A stretch of 16,751 bases of DNA, taken from positions 1 through 16,751 of the forward strand of contig JAWOBF010000121.1 of NCBI GenBank assembly GCA_046498225.1, given 5' to 3'. A program made the position numbers and the translations under genes. Shown here piece after piece: positions 10,919 to 16,751 of the stretch; positions within the stretch are counted from its first letter, which is position 1, and every line of letters begins with the position of its first letter. The DNA comes from Candidatus Aegiribacteria sp. (GTDB lineage: Bacteria > Fermentibacterota > Fermentibacteria > Fermentibacterales > JCC-6). Under the pieces are notes generated by a model. The model made no database searches, was not told where the DNA came from, and worked only from the letters and a program-made list of their open reading frames with translations.

Positions 10919-12658
10919 ATGAATCCCTACCCCGGAGGCCCCCTGAACGAAGTTCCCGAATACTCCAGCATCCCCGCAATGGTCGACAGTTCCGCCGGTA
11001 TATACGGTGACAGTCCGTGCATGACCGAATCCGGAAAAGAGGGCAGGAGCATTACCTTCCGGGGTCTGAAGGCCCTGGTGGACGACCTTGCCCGAGGAAT
11101 AATTCTCACCTGCGACAATCCGGTAGTCGGTGTGGTAGGCTCGAACAGCATCCACTGGGCCGCGGCCTTCCTGGCGGCCATCAGGTCGGGCGGAGTGGTG
11201 GTTCCCATCGACAAGGCTCTTCCCGTTAACGAGATACACGCCATCCTGCATTTCACCAGAGCCAATATTCTCTTCCATGACGAGAGTCATGGCGAGGAAT
11301 TCCGCGACAGCCTGAGAGAACGGAAGAAATCCATTCATCTCGTCACGATGAACCACGCGGAGGGAAGAAAGCACGAAACGCTGGAAGAACTGGCCGGACG
11401 GGGCAGGAAGAAGAACCCGTCCCTGCCGGAGGAGTTCGATGCCGACGCTCCCGTACTCATCTCCTATACATCGGGCACCATGGGACAGGCGAAGGGCGTG
11501 GTGCTATCCCAGAGGAATCTGCTGTCCGACCTCCGGCAGATGCTTCAGGCGGTGAACCTGAGCCATTCGGAGGTTTTCCTCTCCATCCTTCCCATGCATC
11601 ACATGTATGAATGCGTGTGCGGCTTCCTCTGCCCCCTCTCCCACGGCTGCTCCATCATCTTCTGCGCCGGACTCAAGAGCATCACCGACGACATGAGCGA
11701 ATACAGGACCACTATCATGCTGGGCGTCCCACTGCTGTGGGAATCCATACACAGGCGCATCATGTCCGGGATAGAATCCATGAAGGGGGGAAAGCTGAAG
11801 TTCAAGGCCGGCCTTGTCATGGCCGCCGCCGGGGAGGCGGTGGGATTATCCGGAGCGCGGAAGAAGCTGTTCTCGGCGATCCACGACCGGCTGGGAGGAT
11901 GCATGAGGTTCCTTGTCTCGGGAGGGGCCGGCGTGGACCCGGAAGTGGTAGTGGGTTTCGAGAAACTGGGTTTCACCTTCCTTCAGGGGTACGGCCTGAC
12001 CGAGTGTTCGCCCATACTGGCAGTCAACAGGGATACGGCGAACCGGGCGGGTTCGGTGGGTCCCCCCCTTCCCCAGGTCGAGGTGCGCATCGACGACCCG
12101 GACGAGACCGGAGTGGGCGAGATACTCGCGAAGGGCCCCAACGTCATGATCGGATACCACGACAATCCCGAGGATACGCAGAAAGTGTTCACGGATGACG
12201 GCTGGTTCCGGACAGGGGACTATGGTTACCTGGACGAGGACGGATTTCTGTTCATAACCGGGCGCAAGAAGAACATCATAATAGCCAAGAACGGAAAGAA
12301 CATCTACCCGGAGGAGCTGGAGCAGGTACTGAACCGGTCGAAATACCTTATGGAAACCATGGTCTTCGGAAGGGCTTCCAGGCAGAAGGGCGAGGAGGTA
12401 TGGGTAATAGTGGTGCCGGACATGGACCTGTTCATATCCGGGGAGGAATCCGACGGAGAGAGGATATCGCCCGAGTCCCTGCGCGGTAAGGTAAGGGAGG
12501 AGATATCCAGGGTGAACTCCTCCCAGCCTCATTACAGAAGGATAAGTCGGTTCATAATCCGGTCAACGGAGTTTCCCAAGACCACCACGAGAAAGATCAG
12601 GAGGCAGGAAGCCCTGAAAGAGGCGGGCCTTGAACAGGAGACCGCCTTCAAGGTATAG
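10919..12658 (+). CDS. Long-chain fatty-acid--CoA ligase (AMP-binding, FadD-like)
   Basis: 579 aa with ANL motifs YTSGTMGQAKG, LPMHHMY, QGYGLTE, WFRTGDYG, GRKKNII and FPKTTTRKIRR. Confidence 0.93.
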   Translation: MNPYPGGPLNEVPEYSSIPAMVDSSAGIYGDSPCMTESGKEGRSITFRGLKALVDDLARGIILTCDNPVVGVVGSNSIHWAAAFLAAIRSGGVVVPIDKALPVNEIHAILHFTRANILFHDESHGEEFRDSLRERKKSIHLVTMNHAEGRKHETLEELAGRGRKKNPSLPEEFDADAPVLISYTSGTMGQAKGVVLSQRNLLSDLRQMLQAVNLSHSEVFLSILPMHHMYECVCGFLCPLSHGCSIIFCAGLKSITDDMSEYRTTIMLGVPLLWESIHRRIMSGIESMKGGKLKFKAGLVMAAAGEAVGLSGARKKLFSAIHDRLGGCMRFLVSGGAGVDPEVVVGFEKLGFTFLQGYGLTECSPILAVNRDTANRAGSVGPPLPQVEVRIDDPDETGVGEILAKGPNVMIGYHDNPEDTQKVFTDDGWFRTGDYGYLDEDGFLFITGRKKNIIIAKNGKNIYPEELEQVLNRSKYLMETMVFGRASRQKGEEVWVIVVPDMDLFISGEESDGERISPESLRGKVREEISRVNSSQPHYRRISRFIIRSTEFPKTTTRKIRRQEALKEAGLEQETAFKV

Positions 12659-12697
12659 TCCGTCAACGTTCTTAATTCGGGAGGGGACAGCTGAAGC

Positions 12698-15409
12698 TTG
12701 GAAAACAGTATGGACAGTTCCGGCCTTACCGAAATGCTACTGCGTATCACGCTGTCGGGCGATACCATAGAAAGCGTCACCGCATCATCTTCGGACGGTG
12801 AGCAGGAACCTCCGCCCGACCTGGCCGGGCAGAGACCGGAGGAGTTCTTCAGCTCCTGGCCACTCAACGCCTCATTCGGAATGACGCTTTTCATACCGGG
12901 TTCGAGACAGATTCCCGCTGCGGCCAGGATGGATTCCCCCTCCTCAATACTTGTTTACTACATTGACACCGATGAATACGGAATGGCCAACCCCGCCCTG
13001 CCCATGATACGACTGTACCCTGAGGACCGTCTTCCGGTGGTATCTCCGGGATTCGTATGCCTGATGGGATATACACCGTGGGAACTCTCCCAGAGCGAAC
13101 TCATCTCCTCCCTTCCGGACACTCCCGGCCGGGAGAGCGGGCATGTAACACTGATAGACAAGTCGGGCAGGGCCCGAAGGCTGGTCTTCGCCCGTATGCC
13201 CAATGATACGGGCGGACTGGATTTCACTTTCCTGAACCGGCCGGAGGACCTTGCCTTCCCGGTGAAGGCCCTTGAAAGGCTTGCCGGAATGGAGCTTCAG
13301 GTTCCCGAAGATTTGCTGGCTTTCCTGGTGGACCAGCTCAAGCTGGAGGCGGGAGTTCTTCTGAGCCGGTCGACCACGGGCTACATACCCATATGCTCCA
13401 TAAACGTGGAGATAGATTCGGAGCATTTCGAGACCAGCAGCATCTTCGACCCGGACAACCTCCACTTTCCCATCTGGGTCGATCTGGAAGAGGAGACCTC
13501 GCCATTCCAGTGCAGAGGGCAGTGCCTGGTATATCCCTCGGGACATCTGGTCCTGGTGACCCCCTGGCGAGGAGACGCCGACACTCTTCAGAGCAGGGTG
13601 GACGCGCTTATGCCGGCGGTATCCATGAAGTACGATCAGTTCCGTGCCGCCCATGGCGAGCACCGGATACAGAACCTCCTCTTTGAACTGGACCTAATCC
13701 TGGCGGGCGAGCCGGACCGGCAGTCCCTGAAGAAAGCCCTGGAAACGGCGGCGGCCGGTTTCTCCGCCACCGTTGTTTCCATCTTCGGCCCTGAAGAGTC
13801 GGCCAGACCCATAGCCACCAGTTCCACCGACCGGGAGACCATGGAGCTGCTTGTATCGGACCGTCCTTTCGAGGAGTGTTTTGATGATACCCATATCACG
13901 GTCCTGAACGACGGATACATCCTGCTCGCCGCCTGGAACGATACCAGGGAGGTACCGTACAAGGTGGTGGACTCCTTCGGCAGAAAGCTGAAGAGGTTCG
14001 AACTGGAGAAACTTCGCATGGACGCTCAGGAGGCTCCGGACTTCTCGCAGCTTCAGGCGGTCTTCATGAAGGACACCAGGGTGCTCTGGCAGGGCAGATC
14101 GCTGGGTATCTCCAACTGCTACCAGTTCTACGGGAATTCCAGGCAGTGCATAGACTGTCCCGTACCGCACCTTTCCAGCTCCGGCAGAAGAAGCGCCAGG
14201 CTGGAGAACCACCAGGGCTACATAGAGGAGATATTTCCCGCCGGAACCGGTTTCCTGGTAACCTGGACCCGGCTTCCCGCCGGCGGTTCATCCGTTTCCG
14301 CGGAGAGACAGCTCTTCCCCGGAGGTGAGGCCGAATACTCTCCGGACGGGAAGATAGAGGAGTGGAACGGCTGGTTCCAGGAGGCGACAGGGGCCGGACT
14401 GGAGCAGATATGCGGGCAGAACGCGGCCAGAATACTGAACAGGATAGGCTCTCCCGCCCTGCTCGCCCAGTACAGGGCCGCACTCGCGGGTATCTTCATT
14501 CCCGAACCGGTGGAGTTCGGGTGGAAGGGGATGAAATGCTTCAGCAGAATGAAACGACACAGGACCGGAGAGAACATCCATCATACAGTCCTTGACTCCA
14601 ATCGGGCGGGTATATCCGATTCCACCACCCTGGGGCCGGGAACCCTCACCACGTCAACGGAGCCCAGATCACTGGCGGAGTTCCTGTCCACCGCCTGCAG
14701 AAGAGAAGGGTGGGAATTCGATATATCAGGCACCACTTCGGAGGAGGGGGCCCCTGTGTGGTTCTCCAGAAGGGCCACCACGGACCTGCTTTCCAGCCTG
14801 CTTCACATGCTGACACCCATGTGCCCGGACAGATGGGCGGGTCTGGAGACCGGATGGCTGGACCACACTCCGGAGACCGGCGGTTTCTCGTTCCTGCCCG
14901 GCCAGTACCACGTCATACAGTTCAGGCTCCAGGGCATGGGAATAGCCGAGAGATCGGCCATTCTGAAGAAACTCGGCGTTCTCTTCAGGGGATTCGGCGG
15001 ATGGCTTGCCGGATCACCGGACAAGGACGTTCTTCAGGTGGGCCTTCCGGCAGCGAAAAAGCATTATCGTGAGGTTGACGCCATCATCTATTCCCCTCTC
15101 AAAGCCTTCTCGGAACTCTGCAGGGATGCCATATCGGGAATAGGATCAAAGAAATTCCATTTCGTGGAATCCGCCAGGGACATGGCCATGGAACAGGCAT
15201 CTGCCGGAGCGGTAATCTGCCGGCTGGACCAGAGCAATATCCATTACGCCACCGCCCTTTCAGCCAGGATACCCGCTCAGCCTGTACTTGTGGCTTCGGG
15301 CCTTTCCAGCGGCATACCTTCCATTACCGCCAGGGTAAGACATCTGCAGCTGCCGGTTGACAGCAGGACCCTGTTCGCCGAGATAAGGAAGATCGTAAGG
15401 AGTGGTTAA
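12698..15409 (+). CDS. 903-aa multi-domain sensor-like protein (degenerate PAS/GAF, HATPase-like and receiver-like regions)
   Basis: Long ORF with host codon usage and GGGAGGGG before TTG 12698 (alternative ATG 12710). PAS-like VSPGFVCLMGYTPWEL and DGKIEEWNGWFQEATG..EQICGQ; C-terminal REC-like PVLVASG...LQLPVDSRTLFAEIRKIV. Confidence 0.85.
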   Translation: MENSMDSSGLTEMLLRITLSGDTIESVTASSSDGEQEPPPDLAGQRPEEFFSSWPLNASFGMTLFIPGSRQIPAAARMDSPSSILVYYIDTDEYGMANPALPMIRLYPEDRLPVVSPGFVCLMGYTPWELSQSELISSLPDTPGRESGHVTLIDKSGRARRLVFARMPNDTGGLDFTFLNRPEDLAFPVKALERLAGMELQVPEDLLAFLVDQLKLEAGVLLSRSTTGYIPICSINVEIDSEHFETSSIFDPDNLHFPIWVDLEEETSPFQCRGQCLVYPSGHLVLVTPWRGDADTLQSRVDALMPAVSMKYDQFRAAHGEHRIQNLLFELDLILAGEPDRQSLKKALETAAAGFSATVVSIFGPEESARPIATSSTDRETMELLVSDRPFEECFDDTHITVLNDGYILLAAWNDTREVPYKVVDSFGRKLKRFELEKLRMDAQEAPDFSQLQAVFMKDTRVLWQGRSLGISNCYQFYGNSRQCIDCPVPHLSSSGRRSARLENHQGYIEEIFPAGTGFLVTWTRLPAGGSSVSAERQLFPGGEAEYSPDGKIEEWNGWFQEATGAGLEQICGQNAARILNRIGSPALLAQYRAALAGIFIPEPVEFGWKGMKCFSRMKRHRTGENIHHTVLDSNRAGISDSTTLGPGTLTTSTEPRSLAEFLSTACRREGWEFDISGTTSEEGAPVWFSRRATTDLLSSLLHMLTPMCPDRWAGLETGWLDHTPETGGFSFLPGQYHVIQFRLQGMGIAERSAILKKLGVLFRGFGGWLAGSPDKDVLQVGLPAAKKHYREVDAIIYSPLKAFSELCRDAISGIGSKKFHFVESARDMAMEQASAGAVICRLDQSNIHYATALSARIPAQPVLVASGLSSGIPSITARVRHLQLPVDSRTLFAEIRKIVRSG

Positions 15410-15410
15410 T

Positions 15411-15899
15411 ATGTACCTTCTGCTTGTATGTTCACTTCTTCTTGCACCAGCTACACCGGAGGATTTCCTGCTGGAGCTATGCGGGAACAGCAGCGGGACG
15501 GAAGGGGCGGAGTACTGGGCTAACCACGCCTCTTCCAGCGTTCCCCTGAGGCTGGCGAACACGGATACCCTCCACGCGATCCTCATGAACAGACAGCAGC
15601 TTTCGGTGGACCCGGGTCCCAGAACGGCTTTCGTTCAGCAGAATGGTTCCTTCAGGGTGGAATTCGGACAATCCCGCTGGTCCTGGACCGACAGGAACGA
15701 AAACCAGAGCCGCAGGGACGGACTGGCGGTGGTTCTGGTAACGGACGGGAACTACACCTGGTCCGCCATACCGGCGCTGGAGGAGGGCTCTTTCATGATG
15801 GGCGACAGGGAAAGGCTGATCTCCGGCATCATGCTCACGTTCCTTCTCATGATCCTGGCGGCTGTTCTTATCGCCTGGGCCAGGAGAAGATACCTCTGA
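15411..15899 (+). CDS. Exported protein with N-terminal signal peptide and C-terminal membrane anchor
   Basis: AAGGAG RBS, with ATG 15411 just after the upstream TAA (15407-15409). MYLLLVCSLLLAPA signal; C-terminal TM helix followed by RRRYL. Confidence 0.8.
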   Translation: MYLLLVCSLLLAPATPEDFLLELCGNSSGTEGAEYWANHASSSVPLRLANTDTLHAILMNRQQLSVDPGPRTAFVQQNGSFRVEFGQSRWSWTDRNENQSRRDGLAVVLVTDGNYTWSAIPALEEGSFMMGDRERLISGIMLTFLLMILAAVLIAWARRRYL

Positions 15900-15908
15900 A
15901 TATGGAGA

Positions 15909-16172
15909 CTACTTGAACCTTTCCCATTCCGAGGAAAAGTCGAGGATCTGTACAGGAAGGTCCTGAATGGACAGCTCCATGGTCACCGCGTTCTCTATGA
16001 AATCCTCGACCTCTCTCTGAAGGAGTATCAGCTGAGATATGAATAGCTGATAGCTGTTGGCGTCAGGCTCGCCCCCGGGAAATTCCGAGCCGGACTCCAG
16101 CTCCTCCTGAAGTTCCCTTATCAGGGCTGACAGAGCCATAACCATCTCGGTGGCCTGGTTGAAATCAGTCAT
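15909..16172 (-). CDS. Small acidic helical hypothetical protein (87 aa)
   Basis: ATG directly abuts the hydrolase stop (TAAATG), preceded by AGGAAGAG; amphipathic helical pattern. Confidence 0.7.
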   Translation of the reverse strand: MTDFNQATEMVMALSALIRELQEELESGSEFPGGEPDANSYQLFISQLILLQREVEDFIENAVTMELSIQDLPVQILDFSSEWERFK

Positions 16173-16751
16173 TTATCTCTTCCTGTTGTAACATTCTTTA
16201 GAAGCGGAACGATCAAATAGTTTTACTGTGCCGTCAATGAGCCGGTCTGAAGGACCGTCGCCATCTATATATTCCAGCGCCCGCTCCAGAGCAGCTGTTA
16301 TCCGGGGTTCCCCGCTCCGGGAACGTTTCCACACCGGATGTCCTTCTCCCCTGAGCTTAATCACCATTCCGCCTGTCTTTCCGGCAAGTTCTTCGGAAGC
16401 CTCGGGGGGACATATCCTGTCCTGTTCACCTGTAATATAAGCAAATCTTGTTTTTTGCCACGGACCGGGGTAATCTTCCGGCCTGAAGCTATCCAGCCCA
16501 TTCCTAACACCGGCGGGAAGAAAAAGTTTCAGAAGGAAAGTACCCGTCTTTCCCAGCCTTCCTTCCGCGGAACGAAAAAAATCCGCGTAGCTGCCGTGGG
16601 CTATGACACCCGCTATGCCGTGGCCCAGGAGCCCCGCCACTTTGATGGAGGCGGCTCCCCCCATGGAACTGCCGTATATGACGGTCCTGTCCCTCTCATA
16701 TCCCAGGACCAGCTCCGCGTGAAGCAATGCCCCGGCTATATCGCAGGCTTC
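16173..16751 (-). CDS. Alpha/beta-fold hydrolase, 5'-partial
   Basis: Nucleophile elbow YGSSMGG, acid in ITGEQDRICPP, His in GEGHP. The frame stays open to the window edge (EACDIAGALL...). Confidence 0.85.
   Translation of the reverse strand, partial: EACDIAGALLHAELVLGYERDRTVIYGSSMGGAASIKVAGLLGHGIAGVIAHGSYADFFRSAEGRLGKTGTFLLKLFLPAGVRNGLDSFRPEDYPGPWQKTRFAYITGEQDRICPPEASEELAGKTGGMVIKLRGEGHPVWKRSRSGEPRITAALERALEYIDGDGPSDRLIDGTVKLFDRSASKECYNRKR

Noticed and set aside
10811..15671. Alternative-frame and antisense ORFs within the ligase, 903-aa and exported-protein genes
   Set aside because: Expected shadows of GC3-rich coding sequence.

Overview
Bacterial window centred on a complete minus-strand rRNA operon (16S - tRNA-Ile - tRNA-Ala - 23S - 5S, about 5150-10308), with a sigma70 promoter, processing stems and a terminator. 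The rRNA signatures suggest a deep-branching, probably uncultured lineage. Left of the operon is an accessory zone. It holds a very GC-rich mscS-like fragment (about 89-905) that looks foreign or chimeric, a candidate IS91/ISCR oriIS end with an outward promoter (about 906-1085), four + strand genes (two hypotheticals, a GT-C/GT87-like membrane protein and a 67-aa protein), and a frameshifted IS91-family HUH transposase remnant (about 4511-5086) that the ORF track misses. Right of the operon is a likely three-gene operon: a long-chain acyl-CoA ligase, a 903-aa protein shaped like a PAS/GAF-kinase-receiver hybrid that appears to have lost its catalytic motifs, and a membrane-anchored exported protein. 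It converges on a small hypothetical gene and a partial alpha/beta hydrolase. All calls are by-eye; no searches were run.
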